Shown here: one piece after another, positions 1-10,525 of the stretch
Layout: each line of letters begins with the position of its first letter
How positions within the stretch are numbered: position 1 is the stretch's first letter
Virus record (IMG/VR): IMGVR_UViG_3300021475_000001
Coordinates: 47,040-111,039 of that record
Length of the DNA stretch: 64,000 bases
Source: a virus
Reading direction: 5' to 3' (one strand)
Made by a program: the position numbers and the translations under genes
The notes under the pieces: model-generated
The model's database searches: none
Seen by the model: only the letters and a program-made list of their open reading frames with translations
What the model was told of the DNA's origin: nothing

Positions 1-499
1 AACGGAGAAGCTCAAGTGTCAGTCGGGTCTTACCGACACCCATACTGAGATGAAAAACAAACTGTCCATAAGCTACACCGAGAATAAAGCACACCTTCTG
101 TGCCGTGTTCAGCGTGTACACATTGGGATGCACTGACGGACGTATCTCCGACAGCATTTCATCCAGTTCCTGTTCAGACAGACTTTTCATCCAGACAAAA
201 TTCTCGGCCGGTCTGGCCAAGTATTGGCTTACTGCGCTTCGAGAAATCATTATTGTCTCTTGAGACGGAAGTCAGCCCACGCATACAGTGTAGTTTGTAG
301 GGCTTCATTACCTGTTGGATTGATAAGCGCCATTTCCTGATCGAGGATGCCGCGCTGTCTTAGTATTTTCGCGAGTTTATTCCCGGCAGCGGCTGGGGCA
401 TTTGTTTGATACCGACGACCATTAATGACTGTCCAGGCGTGCCAACTTCTGTCAGGTAAGCTACGCAAGTGTATCTCAATCATTTAGTCACCTTATACC

Positions 500-530
500 A
501 AAAAGGTGGGGAGGACCGAAGCCCTCCCCA
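500..530 (-). terminator. Intrinsic terminator after the PEP-CTERM pair
   Basis: Minus strand reads TGGGGAGG-GCTTCGGT-CCTCCCCA-CCTTTTT: GC stem followed by a U-tract, just after the stop at 549. Confidence 0.75.
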
Positions 531-548
531 GTTTAAGTGATAGAAAGG

Positions 549-1328
549 TTAGCTACGCTGACAACGGCGTATCAACCCTAGCCCCAACAAGGCTGTACCC
601 AGCAAGGCAAGACTCGCCGGCTCCGGAACCGGAGGAGGCGGAGGAGGCGGAGGTGGTGGCGGTGAAGGACCGCATGACCCGCCCGGAGGACAATCTACGA
701 ACCCCGTGTTTGTCCATGAGGTGTCGAAGATTGTCACCTGGTTGTTCCCGACGTTTTGGGCGAACGGGAAGACGATATCACCGTTGGCGAACAGACCGGT
801 GAAGTTGATCTCATCCTTGCCTTGGAAGGCGTGGTTGGCCGTGAATGAGTACACGGACAACGACGCTGGCGTGGACAGACCGTCAGCGGTGTACGCGGCG
901 TTGATGTTAGTTTCGTTGAGTGAGTTGTCACATGCAACGCAACCGACGTAGGTGTAAAGGTCGGAAGCGGAGCCTGTCGGAAACGGGGTGCCTGAGAACA
1001 ACCCGTTTGCGGTGACAGTCACTGATGTTGCCGGTTGGCTATCAAACAGATAAGAAGCACTGCTGATAGTCGGAACGGGGGCTCCTACCGGGGTAGCAAT
1101 GTAGACGGTCAGAGGCGTGTTGATATTCTGTCCGCCTACGTCCTGAATGCTGAACGATTTGTTGTTGTTCAGCAGTACTGGGTCCGATCCTGTGGCTCCT
1201 GTAGCCGTTACGTGAAAGGACGTGGGATCGATATAATCGATCCCATTGATGATGACATCAGCGTTGGCGATACCTGGGGCCATAAGCCCCAGGATCGCAA
1301 CGCCAGCCAGAAGGGCTGACTTATGCAT
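549..1328 (-). CDS. PEP-CTERM sorting-domain surface protein
   Basis: N-terminal signal peptide (MHKSALLAGVAILGLMAPGIANA), poly-Pro linker, C-terminal VPEPASLALLGTALLGLGLIRR. Confidence 0.9.
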   Translation of the reverse strand: MHKSALLAGVAILGLMAPGIANADVIINGIDYIDPTSFHVTATGATGSDPVLLNNNKSFSIQDVGGQNINTPLTVYIATPVGAPVPTISSASYLFDSQPATSVTVTANGLFSGTPFPTGSASDLYTYVGCVACDNSLNETNINAAYTADGLSTPASLSVYSFTANHAFQGKDEINFTGLFANGDIVFPFAQNVGNNQVTIFDTSWTNTGFVDCPPGGSCGPSPPPPPPPPPPPVPEPASLALLGTALLGLGLIRRCQRS

Positions 1329-2004
1329 TCGCCATCCCTCCCTTCACGCCATTGCGGCGGCGACGCAACCAGCCGAAGCCAACTAGCGCCGTACCCAAAA
1401 GACCAAGGGTTCCAGGTTCTGGCACTTGTGCCTGAATAACCTCGGTAAGGTCTGCACCGCCCGCTCCGGTAGCGTGGACGATGTAACGCTCCGTCAACGA
1501 GTACGGCCCAGCCCCGGTAGCTACAGTGGTAGTGAGGCTTTGGGTCTGGTTGCTCGCCGTAAAGGTGGCGTCTTCAAGTATTGAACCGAGTGGGACACCC
1601 GGCGGTACGCCATCGTTAGACTGGAGCGATGTGGTCAGTTCCACGCTGGTTATACTACCAGTTAAGAGGTTGGTAGTTAGCGAGGAAATAAACGGGATAG
1701 AGCCGAGAGGTGATGTTAGCCCCGTTTCCGTGACCCACAGCGTAAAGGTTCCCGCACCCGTAGTGTTAAACGTGATGGTGTTGCTAAACAACGTCCCGCT
1801 GGGTGCAGGCGGCGTACCAGCAGCCGTACCTTGTGCCGACCAATTACCGACCGTAGTCGGGCCGAAATTGACCGGGCTGGTACCCGTGTTAGTTACCGTC
1901 GCGGTACCGTCCGTGCCGGTAATCGTGATAGGGTTAGCATTGGCCGCAGGTGACACCCCCAGGAGAAGGGCACCTACTGCCGCAGTGGTTAACAAGGTCT
2001 TCAT
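1321..2004 (-). CDS. PEP-CTERM sorting-domain surface protein
   Basis: Signal peptide, Thr/Gly-rich body, C-terminal VPEPGTLGLLGTALVGFGWLRRRR. Confidence 0.9.
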   Translation of the reverse strand: MKTLLTTAAVGALLLGVSPAANANPITITGTDGTATVTNTGTSPVNFGPTTVGNWSAQGTAAGTPPAPSGTLFSNTITFNTTGAGTFTLWVTETGLTSPLGSIPFISSLTTNLLTGSITSVELTTSLQSNDGVPPGVPLGSILEDATFTASNQTQSLTTTVATGAGPYSLTERYIVHATGAGGADLTEVIQAQVPEPGTLGLLGTALVGFGWLRRRRNGVKGGMANA

Positions 2005-2119
2005 AGCTAAGTTTTCCCTTATGGGAATTAAGGTGCATTCTGTTAGTGGCTACGGTGATCCTGGATTTCTTGTTGTCTTTCGAGCCTGTTATTGTTGGGC
2101 AAATTGCCAAATGAAATTT

Positions 2120-2413
2120 TTAGTCGCGAAGTCTCGGGTCGATATTGACCTTGGTGTCGGGACCAATAAGTTCCTGCACTTCATGTGTCATGGCTTGTTC
2201 GGTCGCACCGGAGAAGATGAATATCTCTATGCCTGGTATATCTCTGACAGCATCGTGAATGGCGATGGGATGTCCCTTCTTCAGTTCTTCGAGGTTTTTG
2301 TGTGTCAATCCCAGAATTAGAAGTGACACTTCCTTACCATTACGGACGCCTTTTGCTTGCATTCTCAACATGTTACAATACTGCTCTGCGTCTATAACCT
2401 GCGGGTACTTCAT
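2120..2413 (-). CDS. Hypothetical protein
   Basis: ORF coupled to the upstream methyltransferase in the minus-strand run. Confidence 0.6.
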   Translation of the reverse strand: MKYPQVIDAEQYCNMLRMQAKGVRNGKEVSLLILGLTHKNLEELKKGHPIAIHDAVRDIPGIEIFIFSGATEQAMTHEVQELIGPDTKVNIDPRLRD

Positions 2414-3017
2414 AGTCTTCTGGTCGTTCTAGTGTAGACCGACACGGTGGTATCCAAACTGGGGGCTTTGGTGCAATCGACTTCATCCAAACAAGCCATG
2501 AATAACTGGTTGCAGTGGTGTTATCGGCTGCTACTCGTCCCTTGTTTATTGGTACACGTTCGGAAAAGAATGCCAGAATTGATGGGGGTCTTTCTCGGAA
2601 AATCCTGTTGTAGCGACCGACACTCTCAACGAACACTGTACGTGAGAATATAGATACACCCACTGACGCTATTGTCAAGCTCTTGTTTAAGAACTCTTCA
2701 GCGCGCTTAAATGGTGGGTTAGTGATAATCCAATCGTATTGTCCAGGCTTGTAATCGTAGGTGAGAAAGTCGCGTGTCTCGTTGTGACCAAAATCCAGTG
2801 CATCATAAGCGTCTACTTCACCAAAGTACTCACGCAGAGTGCGTGACATATACCCAGCACCACAGCCGGGTTCAAGACAGGTGTTCTTCTGCCAATGGTC
2901 ACCAATCACGTGTTCGATCAGCGCACGTGTGGCCCAGGGTGGTGTCGGGAAGTCATCAAAGCTGTCGGCAGGTTCGGTCCTCTGCGCCATCACGGCGTGA
3001 CTGGTATTCTGCATCAT
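2373..3017 (-). CDS. SAM-dependent DNA (amino) methyltransferase
   Basis: DDFPTPPW, motif I LEPGCGAG, motif IV ITNPPF. Confidence 0.85.
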   Translation of the reverse strand: MMQNTSHAVMAQRTEPADSFDDFPTPPWATRALIEHVIGDHWQKNTCLEPGCGAGYMSRTLREYFGEVDAYDALDFGHNETRDFLTYDYKPGQYDWIITNPPFKRAEEFLNKSLTIASVGVSIFSRTVFVESVGRYNRIFRERPPSILAFFSERVPINKGRVAADNTTATSYSWLVWMKSIAPKPPVWIPPCRSTLERPEDYEVPAGYRRRAVL

Positions 3018-3304
3018 TGTCCCTTGGTGTCGAATGGAACGACGATAACACGCCAGCTAGTCAATGGACGATTTGGTGAACCATCAATCAGTATAGGATA
3101 ATTTGGACTAATCATACGGTAGTAAGTCATGGCTTCAGTTGGATCAAGAAATATCTTGGCTTCTGAGGGGGTGTCACAAACCGTTAGTGTGAAGTTTAGT
3201 TCGTGGTCAATGTGCGGATCATACATCTGGATGTACATGCCGGACAGACCCTCGAAATACTGCCCGTCCTTGCGCTCAAGTATCTGCAAGACGCATGTGT
3301 TCAT
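3014..3304 (-). CDS. Hypothetical protein
   Basis: ATGA-type overlap with the next gene. Confidence 0.6.
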   Translation of the reverse strand: MNTCVLQILERKDGQYFEGLSGMYIQMYDPHIDHELNFTLTVCDTPSEAKIFLDPTEAMTYYRMISPNYPILIDGSPNRPLTSWRVIVVPFDTKGQ

Positions 3305-3354
3305 CAGGATCGATCCTAGAGCGCAGGGAGCGTCACCTGTGCGTCTGTTTCACG

Positions 3355-5088
3355 TCACTCGCAGTTGCGTCTGCCTGAGAGAGGATCGATGTCACAGGCG
3401 TCTCCCTCGACAAAGATCACAGGCGTGTCTTCAGCGTCACTCAGCAGTGAACCGCGTTTGCCAGCGATATTGTAAGTGGCACAACCTTTACCACCATTCT
3501 GCCAGACTGTCTGATAGATGCCTTTAAAGGCGGCCCACGGCATTTTGCGCCCATCCATGTTCACGGTTTTGGAGGCAGCCGAGTCAAGATGCTTTTGCGC
3601 AGCCAGCAATACCTTCACATGTTCCGCTGCGGTGACATCCGCTGCCAGCTTGCCTTTGACATCGAGAAACTTGATACCGTAGTCTTCCAACACCTCGATT
3701 ACCGCACCAGTGGGGGTGTTTATCGGGCGTTCCTGACGATAGGCGAACACGGGTTCGATTGAAGATGACACATTGTCGGCGCAGAGTGAAATTGTACCAG
3801 TAGGTGCAATAGAAGTGAGGTGCGAGTTACGAATACCATATTTCTTGATTTCGTAGCGCACTTCCTCTGACAGGGTTTTGACATATTCACCAGCCAAGTA
3901 ACGCTCGGCATCAAACAGAGGAAACGAACCTTTCTCTTGTGCCAACGCTGATGAAGCGAGATAGGCTGTGTCGTTGATGATTTCCAGAACCCTTTCTTCG
4001 AACTCACAGAAATCGTCACTACCATATGGTAAGCCCAGTGCTTCACCGGTATTAGCCAGACCAGTGATACCAAGTCCCATACGACGCTTGGTGATAGCTT
4101 CGGCGCGTTGTTCCGCCAATGGATAGCGCGACTTATCGATGACATTATCCATGGCACGAACTACCGGCCAGACATCTGACTTTAGATGATCAAAGTCAAA
4201 CGAATAGGGATTTTGACCAATACGTACCGGCTGCCGTGATAGATATTTCACCAGATTGAATGAACCTAAAAGACAAGCACCAAACGGTGGTAGTGGTTGT
4301 TCACTGCAAGGATTGGTACTGGCGATGGTTTCACAGTAGTACAAATTGTTCATGCGATTTATGGTGTCGATAAACACCACACCAGGTTCGGCCCAATCCC
4401 AGGTCGAACGCATCAGATTTTCCCATAGTTCGGCGGCGTCAACATAGCGATAATTCTTGCCGCCCCAGCGTAGTGCAAATTCACTACCAGTTTCTACGGC
4501 TTCCATAAACTCGTCAGTCACTGCCACACTGATATTGAAACCTATGAGTTTGTCACGGTTGTTTTTAGCGTGAATGAACTCTTCAATGTCTGGGTGATCA
4601 ATACGGAGTATCCCCATCTGAGCACCGCGTCGATGTCCACTACTAGCAGTGGCCAAGCAGACCGCGTCGTATATATGCATAAACGAGACTGGGCCGGATG
4701 ATTGGGATTGCAGTTTAGCAACCAATTCTCCACGGGGGCGGAGAGACGAAAAGTCATAGCCAATACCACCTCCCATGCGCATCGTTGCGGCAGCTTCGTG
4801 CGCGCGATGCATAATCGAGCCTGGACCTTCCACATAAGAGTCAGCAATGGTGCCACTGACAAAGCAGTTGTGACTCGTCACGTGCTTGGACGATCCCACT
4901 GCCGATTGTATGCGACCGCCGCCGAGAAAACGTTGATCGATGATCACTTCACGAAACTGGTGATAGTGATTGTCCGAGTCCTTTAGACCAAACGCCACTC
5001 GGTTCATCGACTCTCGAAAGTCTTCACCAGGTGAACGATACTTCATCCCGTGCAACCTATCAGCCGGTTCAGTCTGTGGTCCCATCAT
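3355..5088 (-). CDS. nrdJ: Class II (adenosylcobalamin-dependent) ribonucleotide reductase
   Basis: NCFV, GGGIGYDFSSLRP, RRGAQMG, catalytic TNPCSEQPL, CLLGSFNL, SIAPTGTIS, C-terminal Cys pair; no nrdB nearby. Confidence 0.9.
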   Translation of the reverse strand: MMGPQTEPADRLHGMKYRSPGEDFRESMNRVAFGLKDSDNHYHQFREVIIDQRFLGGGRIQSAVGSSKHVTSHNCFVSGTIADSYVEGPGSIMHRAHEAAATMRMGGGIGYDFSSLRPRGELVAKLQSQSSGPVSFMHIYDAVCLATASSGHRRGAQMGILRIDHPDIEEFIHAKNNRDKLIGFNISVAVTDEFMEAVETGSEFALRWGGKNYRYVDAAELWENLMRSTWDWAEPGVVFIDTINRMNNLYYCETIASTNPCSEQPLPPFGACLLGSFNLVKYLSRQPVRIGQNPYSFDFDHLKSDVWPVVRAMDNVIDKSRYPLAEQRAEAITKRRMGLGITGLANTGEALGLPYGSDDFCEFEERVLEIINDTAYLASSALAQEKGSFPLFDAERYLAGEYVKTLSEEVRYEIKKYGIRNSHLTSIAPTGTISLCADNVSSSIEPVFAYRQERPINTPTGAVIEVLEDYGIKFLDVKGKLAADVTAAEHVKVLLAAQKHLDSAASKTVNMDGRKMPWAAFKGIYQTVWQNGGKGCATYNIAGKRGSLLSDAEDTPVIFVEGDACDIDPLSGRRNCE

Positions 5089-5444
5089 TCAACCCCTTTA
5101 GGTGTGTAAGCTGGTCCTTCACCCGCTTCATGGAGTTTACCAAATATATCCTCAACAAGCATTGGGCAGTGTTTTTCTGCCCACTTTATTGCTTCTTCTT
5201 TAGTCAATGGGGTTACTCTGTAACCCTCTTCTGGTTGTGTATCATCATAGGAATAGCTAAAGTAATGACCCCAAACATTCTGCAATAATCCTACTTCATA
5301 TTGAAATCCACAATATTCAGTACCGTCATCCTCGTCACTATCATAACGATACAGAACACTCGCCGTTTCGGTATCATAGGCCAGACCGTTAATAACCCGC
5401 CTGATTTTGGGTAATTCTCGTATCTTTGGTTTAATATTGATCAT
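5085..5444 (-). CDS. Conserved phage hypothetical protein
   Basis: RVINGLAYDTETA...PLTKEEAIKWAE pattern; coupled to nrdJ. Confidence 0.65.
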   Translation of the reverse strand: MINIKPKIRELPKIRRVINGLAYDTETASVLYRYDSDEDDGTEYCGFQYEVGLLQNVWGHYFSYSYDDTQPEEGYRVTPLTKEEAIKWAEKHCPMLVEDIFGKLHEAGEGPAYTPKGVE

Positions 5445-5453
5445 GGCATTGCC

Positions 5454-5858
5454 TCAGTGCAGCAGTGTCACATGTGCGGCTTTCCGGTACTCTTCGATAT
5501 TGGGGTCGTAGTGAGGCCAAGCCAGTTTGATGGCTCGGGCCAGTTCCAGTTCACTTACCGGAATGTGTTTGACGTGAAATTCACGCAATAGGTTCAGCAA
5601 CTTAAGACGAATTTCATGATTGTCCAGATCGGCGCGGAACCAAGCGATGAATTGACTTCTTGGTAAGATGAGTGGTACTAAAGCTGGAAACTCGTAGCCG
5701 TAGTCCAACTTGAATTTGGCACGAAAGTCTTCAATAAAAGACTGAATGGTAATTACCATATCGCCACTGAGAGGTTCACCAATAAAGCGTTGCATGTGAC
5801 GCATCAGGAGCGCGAAGGTCTGTTGGACGCGTGGGTCTTCGAATGCAAGTTCAGACAT
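5454..5858 (-). CDS. Hypothetical protein
   Basis: ORF in the tightly packed minus-strand operon. Confidence 0.6.
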   Translation of the reverse strand: MSELAFEDPRVQQTFALLMRHMQRFIGEPLSGDMVITIQSFIEDFRAKFKLDYGYEFPALVPLILPRSQFIAWFRADLDNHEIRLKLLNLLREFHVKHIPVSELELARAIKLAWPHYDPNIEEYRKAAHVTLLH

Positions 5859-6216
5859 CTTTGATTTCCATCACTTCGACACCGGCTGCATCAGCTTGTC
5901 GCATCATGTCGTCAGTGCCTGCATGTCCTGGGAAGGCAATGACTAAATCGGGATCGTAATCAGACAACATACGTCGGTTGCGAATAGGTCCAGCGGCTTT
6001 ACCGTGTCTGTCCCACTCCGCTGGTACAGGTACTACCGTAATACCCCGTAGCAATGCCCAGTTGTGTGCGAGACGATCAGCACCCGGTGCGTCACCGTGT
6101 ATCACTGTGTCAAAGGGACCGTGTTCGATCTGTAGTTCATCCAGCTTCCTAAACAGAAACTGTTGTTTATTGTAGTCACGGCCTCCACAGATGATGACTC
6201 GAAGTCCCTTTCTCAT
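5851..6216 (-). CDS. SLOG/YspA-like (DUF2493-type) protein
   Basis: RVIICGGRDY, VIHGDAPGADRLA, GKAAGPIRNRRM, VIAFPG..GT..M. Confidence 0.85.
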   Translation of the reverse strand: MRKGLRVIICGGRDYNKQQFLFRKLDELQIEHGPFDTVIHGDAPGADRLAHNWALLRGITVVPVPAEWDRHGKAAGPIRNRRMLSDYDPDLVIAFPGHAGTDDMMRQADAAGVEVMEIKDV

Positions 6217-6461
6217 TCAGGAAATTCCATGTCTAGTTCCACAGCCATAACTGCAATTATACTTTGTAACGTTTGCTTGTCTCTGGCCCAGAAGGTGACG
6301 GCGCTACGGTCATCATCTTCCGGTGTCGAGTGTTCAAGTATCTCTTTTGGTGACTTTAGCCAGACACGCAGACCATAAAATGTCTCGTTGCCGTTGACGT
6401 TATCCTTCTGAATCAGTTCGATGCCTTCACCCATTTCCTCTTCATAGATGTGAATCCGCAT
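6213..6461 (-). CDS. Hypothetical protein
   Basis: Coupled ORF in operon. Confidence 0.55.
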   Translation of the reverse strand: MRIHIYEEEMGEGIELIQKDNVNGNETFYGLRVWLKSPKEILEHSTPEDDDRSAVTFWARDKQTLQSIIAVMAVELDMEFPE

Positions 6462-6462
6462 C

Positions 6463-6702
6463 TCATTCCTCCCAAAGAGTAATACGTTTCTGAAGTATGT
6501 CTAAATAGACTTTCATGATAGTGACTTGTGATGCCAATAAAGCGTATTCGTCATGACTCAACTTATAGGCTTTTCCACTAGAGAAGAAGTCGATCAGTCT
6601 TTTTAATCGATCCTCTAATTGTGCCCGTTCCGCAAGAACACGTGATTGCCATTCTTCCATCGTTGTGTTCTCCATTACTGTGATGTGCCATTTGCCTATC
6701 AT
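6463..6702 (-). CDS. Small coiled-coil phage protein (crAss001_48-like)
   Basis: WQSRVLAERAQLEDRLKRL...LL..Q..IM..YL.IL..RI pattern. Confidence 0.65.
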   Translation of the reverse strand: MIGKWHITVMENTTMEEWQSRVLAERAQLEDRLKRLIDFFSSGKAYKLSHDEYALLASQVTIMKVYLDILQKRITLWEE

Positions 6703-6859
6703 TTGACGTTCTCGTACCCCCTTAGAACCAGTTCAGCACAGTATTTACGTTCGCTCTTTTCAAATTCTGCTATGGCTTTATTCAAATTCTCTATTTGTTT
6801 TCGGAAATACCTTACAGTATCTATAAGATATTCATCTGATTTTCCAGTAAAATCTTCCA

Positions 6860-8353
6860 TCAGTCAGCCGCCACTTTGGATTGATTGTCATCGACCAGTT
6901 TGTGGTAGTCTTTACTCTTACCCATTCGCACCGAGTCAATACAGAACTGAGCAGATGCGTAATTCTGGGATATTACCACCGAGAACCATTGGCGCTCGTT
7001 ACGCGCCTTACCCACAAACAGACGAGCAATGTTTAGTTCATGCTCTGCCTTGGTCTGGGAGTAAAACAGTGCATAGTCACAGGTGGCGATCTTGCTTATA
7101 TCTTCTGCGGTGTGTTCCGTGTCAACTTGCTTGGCGTTCTCACCGGCTCGATTGGTTTGTGACGCTATCACCATAGCTAAACTTCGTTTCTTAGCTAAAC
7201 CACGCAACTTGATAATCAGTCGCGAGATGGCGTGACGCGGGTCATGTCGGTCATCGTATGACATTAGGTCAGGGTAGTCTAATAGAATAATGCGTGGGAT
7301 AAAGCGATGAACAATTTCCAATTGGTCAAGAAAGGCTTCCAGCTTGTCATAGGTCAGATCACCTGACGGAAACTCTTTGATCCACAAGCGCGACAGACGC
7401 CGCTCGGTGTAGCGTCCTTCGAACTTGTCAATTTCACGGTATAGAAAGTTCTTTACACGTTGATTGGCACTGTCGTAACTCTCACTGTCATTTGGTGCCA
7501 TACTCTGTGCTGGGTTCTTTCGCCGCACAAAACCAAGCACACGCCCCATGTTGTCACGATCAAATTCGGTAATGTCATCATTAGTGGCACGTTTGGCCAA
7601 ATTGAAGTTGGTCTGCATGTAACGTTGCGCAGTGGCGTCTTCACTATTCTCTAGTGTAATATGCAAAGCAGTCCAACCGGGTGTATTCATGGCAATTTTA
7701 CCCACGTGGTGCATCCACATTGATTTTCCGCGACCACGTGGTGCCATAAAGAGAAATAGTTCACCAATGCCTGGATTGATCCCTTCCTTATCCAGTTCCG
7801 GTATCTGCAAGGACAGACGCATCACCGAGGGGTCTTTATCCAGAAAGGCTAAAGAACGTGCGGTATCGGCAAGATTAAAACCAAGTTCGTTCTGATCGGC
7901 GTGAAAATTACTGACACGTGATAGTATTGCTTCGCATTTATCGTAGTCTTCGGGACTTTGACTTTGACTTAAGATAGTACCAGCTTCGAAGATCGCACGT
8001 TTCAAGTTCTGCCGCCGCGCAAATTCAAATAATCGACTGCGGATATACTCGGTGTTTAATGTATTGGAGATGGACAACATGCCGCGCAAAATGCGCGTGT
8101 ACAGTGTGTGTTGCTTGTGATTGGTGTCAGATAACACATAGTCGAAGTGGTCATCGACATGTGTGCCTTCGGGAGCCTTGTTGTAACGCTGCCAGTATTC
8201 GATACAGCGAGCGGTTATGTCACGATACGGGTCTTCGAACCAATCCAGTGACACTAAAGTTGACAGTAAACGGGTGTTGTCATCTGTGACATACACCAGT
8301 GCCGTGACGATGGACTCTTGTAAAGAGGTGGCAAGAGTCCCGTCGTCAGCCAT
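6860..8353 (-). CDS. DnaB-like replicative helicase
   Basis: Walker A APRGRGKS, HITLEN, Walker B ILLDYPDLM, ASQTNR, GKARN. Confidence 0.85.
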   Translation of the reverse strand: MADDGTLATSLQESIVTALVYVTDDNTRLLSTLVSLDWFEDPYRDITARCIEYWQRYNKAPEGTHVDDHFDYVLSDTNHKQHTLYTRILRGMLSISNTLNTEYIRSRLFEFARRQNLKRAIFEAGTILSQSQSPEDYDKCEAILSRVSNFHADQNELGFNLADTARSLAFLDKDPSVMRLSLQIPELDKEGINPGIGELFLFMAPRGRGKSMWMHHVGKIAMNTPGWTALHITLENSEDATAQRYMQTNFNLAKRATNDDITEFDRDNMGRVLGFVRRKNPAQSMAPNDSESYDSANQRVKNFLYREIDKFEGRYTERRLSRLWIKEFPSGDLTYDKLEAFLDQLEIVHRFIPRIILLDYPDLMSYDDRHDPRHAISRLIIKLRGLAKKRSLAMVIASQTNRAGENAKQVDTEHTAEDISKIATCDYALFYSQTKAEHELNIARLFVGKARNERQWFSVVISQNYASAQFCIDSVRMGKSKDYHKLVDDNQSKVAAD

Positions 8354-8486
8354 AGTGGCTCCTGCCGATTAAAGATCACGGGAATAAAGAACTTGGACTA
8401 GTGATAGTCTAGTGAAGCAGTGTCGCTGTCAATGTGCGATTGACCCTCTATTTCTACTATACGCAGCGTAATTTACCAGTGTTGCT

Positions 8487-9521
8487 TTATCGGTGAAAAA
8501 GCCGGCTAATAACGTTTCTAGCTGACTTTACCGGTGAACCCCATCGTTGTCTTACTTCACCGGGTGTTTTCATCTTCGGCGCGTTTTGTCCGATTAACTT
8601 AACGATTTCACCATGTAGTGGTTCTAACCTATTGTTTATCGACAAGAGAAAGATTGCTAACGCGCCAAAACCATACGCCTCACCTAATACTTCGGTCCAA
8701 TACTTACGACGGTGTGCGGTAAAAGCGTGTTCTACCCATCTCTTTGCGCGTATATTAAAAACAGTCGTATCTATAAATAAAGCACCGTTACTCAACCGGC
8801 GATATTTGAGTGACACTAACTCACTGTCTCTAAACATGGTCATATTTCTAAATTCATCCATTATGCCTGCTTCTAGCGCACGGTGTAGTGATCTCCGCAA
8901 TTTTGGGTCTGATTGAAACGTCGGTAAACGTTCATTCAATGCATTAAAAAATAGCTTTCGTAATTCGGACAAAGAGGTAAACCCTTTATCTGCCAAATTC
9001 ACAACAGGAGGAGGTTGCGGCGACGATTTTATTGGTATCGTTTCTGGTATCGGTTCTGGTTCGGGTATCGGTTCTGGTTTAAGTGTAAACGTCACTGGTT
9101 CCAATGTCATTGGCCGTGACATGGTGTAAGTGACGCTAAACACCGATGTGATTTGCTCGGTTTCACACGCTAGACAGACGGTGTGTCGCGCAGTACTCCA
9201 CGTACTGCGGATCACCGGACCCCCACAATCAGGGCAAGACTTCCCATTGATATAAGCCAACCGGATACTATCGTTCCAATCTAGTCTATGTCTGGTGTGA
9301 GATTTACGTTCTATACCAATACGTGACAGATCGTAGCGAAAGTAGCGCCACCTCGCTTCACTTCCAGATGGGATCGGTTTACCCTTATTACGTGGTTGGG
9401 CGAGATACCACCTAGTTGCTTTGTGAAGCGGAATATCCTCTTCAATCTCTTCAAACAGAACACCTACCGTAAACCAGTCACGGCTACGCAGCTTCTGGTA
9501 GACAAGTGTTTGCCAACTCAA
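8487..9521 (-). CDS. Hypothetical protein with CxxC-CxxC zinc ribbon
   Basis: CPDCGG...CLAC; long ORF coupled to the ParB-like gene. Confidence 0.6.
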   Translation of the reverse strand: MSWQTLVYQKLRSRDWFTVGVLFEEIEEDIPLHKATRWYLAQPRNKGKPIPSGSEARWRYFRYDLSRIGIERKSHTRHRLDWNDSIRLAYINGKSCPDCGGPVIRSTWSTARHTVCLACETEQITSVFSVTYTMSRPMTLEPVTFTLKPEPIPEPEPIPETIPIKSSPQPPPVVNLADKGFTSLSELRKLFFNALNERLPTFQSDPKLRRSLHRALEAGIMDEFRNMTMFRDSELVSLKYRRLSNGALFIDTTVFNIRAKRWVEHAFTAHRRKYWTEVLGEAYGFGALAIFLLSINNRLEPLHGEIVKLIGQNAPKMKTPGEVRQRWGSPVKSARNVISRLFHR

Positions 9522-10525
9522 TGAACCAGCCTCGGCTGTTCGGGTGTTGCACTATTGATGCGATTGATACGTTCTACTTCGGCACGAAGCGACTTGGTTT
9601 TCTCCGACAGTTCTTCCAGTAGCACCAAGAACATGTCGAGACGCGGTAGCGCCGCCAGATGAAGATGATCCATACCTTCGTCAATCAGGTTCACCACATT
9701 CTTTACATAGCCCCGCAATCGTACTGCCTTTGTTGGCTGTGCCCGTCCGTGCTTGGCTTGTTGCTTCATCCGTGAGTCGGTCGTGGCCTGAACGTAATCA
9801 TCAATAACGTGAATTGACGATGCTTCGTCACGGGTCTTTTTGATGTCACGTGCCAGTTGTTCAATTTCTTGGTTGGTGGAACCGTAGTTTAGTGCGGTCT
9901 TTATCGCCTTCTCGTAGACCACCTCCGAATGGACACCAGCTAAAGCAACCAGAGCCTTGCGACCGATTTTGTGACGGTTGCTGTCGTAACCGTACTTACG
10001 CGCGCGCCGGATCGCTTGCTCTTCGGTCCAGAAACTACTCAGGGCTGCGAGCTTGACATTCCAGCCACGGGCTAACTCAGCCAACGGCTTTTTGTAGCGG
10101 ATGTGCATCTCACAAATCTGGGTTAAGGTGTCACGGTGTGAAGGGGCGGTACCTTCAATGGTGTTCGCCATTCGACACAAGGTTTCGCGTCGGTAGTTGT
10201 CTGCTTCAGTGACCACGTAGGCGTCAAAGACCTTTTTATTGGCCGTGTTTGCTGCCTCAATCCGGTGACAGCCAGTGGCAATCTCGTATTTGAATGGCCT
10301 CTTTTCCGCAGGGTCGATTGTCAGTAAGATGATGGCGGGGAATTCAATCCCATCTTCCATCTTTATCGCGTAGTCGAGATATTTTTCATCGTTGAGTTTC
10401 TGTTCCAGCCGTGACGGGTTCTCCATCGATGCCTTAAGATCGATGTCCTTAATTTGAATGACCTTGACGTAGGTGTACTTCCAACCACCTCTCGTCAGAA
10501 AGGCTTCAGTCTTCGGGTCTAACAT
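9518..10525 (-). CDS. ParB/Srx-like N-terminal domain protein
   Basis: YAIKMEDGIEFPAIIL...IATGCHRIEAA (GxHR motif). Confidence 0.7.
   Translation of the reverse strand: MLDPKTEAFLTRGGWKYTYVKVIQIKDIDLKASMENPSRLEQKLNDEKYLDYAIKMEDGIEFPAIILLTIDPAEKRPFKYEIATGCHRIEAANTANKKVFDAYVVTEADNYRRETLCRMANTIEGTAPSHRDTLTQICEMHIRYKKPLAELARGWNVKLAALSSFWTEEQAIRRARKYGYDSNRHKIGRKALVALAGVHSEVVYEKAIKTALNYGSTNQEIEQLARDIKKTRDEASSIHVIDDYVQATTDSRMKQQAKHGRAQPTKAVRLRGYVKNVVNLIDEGMDHLHLAALPRLDMFLVLLEELSEKTKSLRAEVERINRINSATPEQPRLVH

Noticed and set aside
1526-2320. Long antisense ORFs (also 42616-43269, 53712-54560, 15886-16215)
   Set aside because: Shadows of low-complexity or codon-biased genes on the opposite strand.
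3355-8353. Inteins or introns in nrdJ and the DnaB-like helicase (terL also checked)
   Set aside because: Lengths are ordinary and no intein splice or LAGLIDADG motifs were seen.
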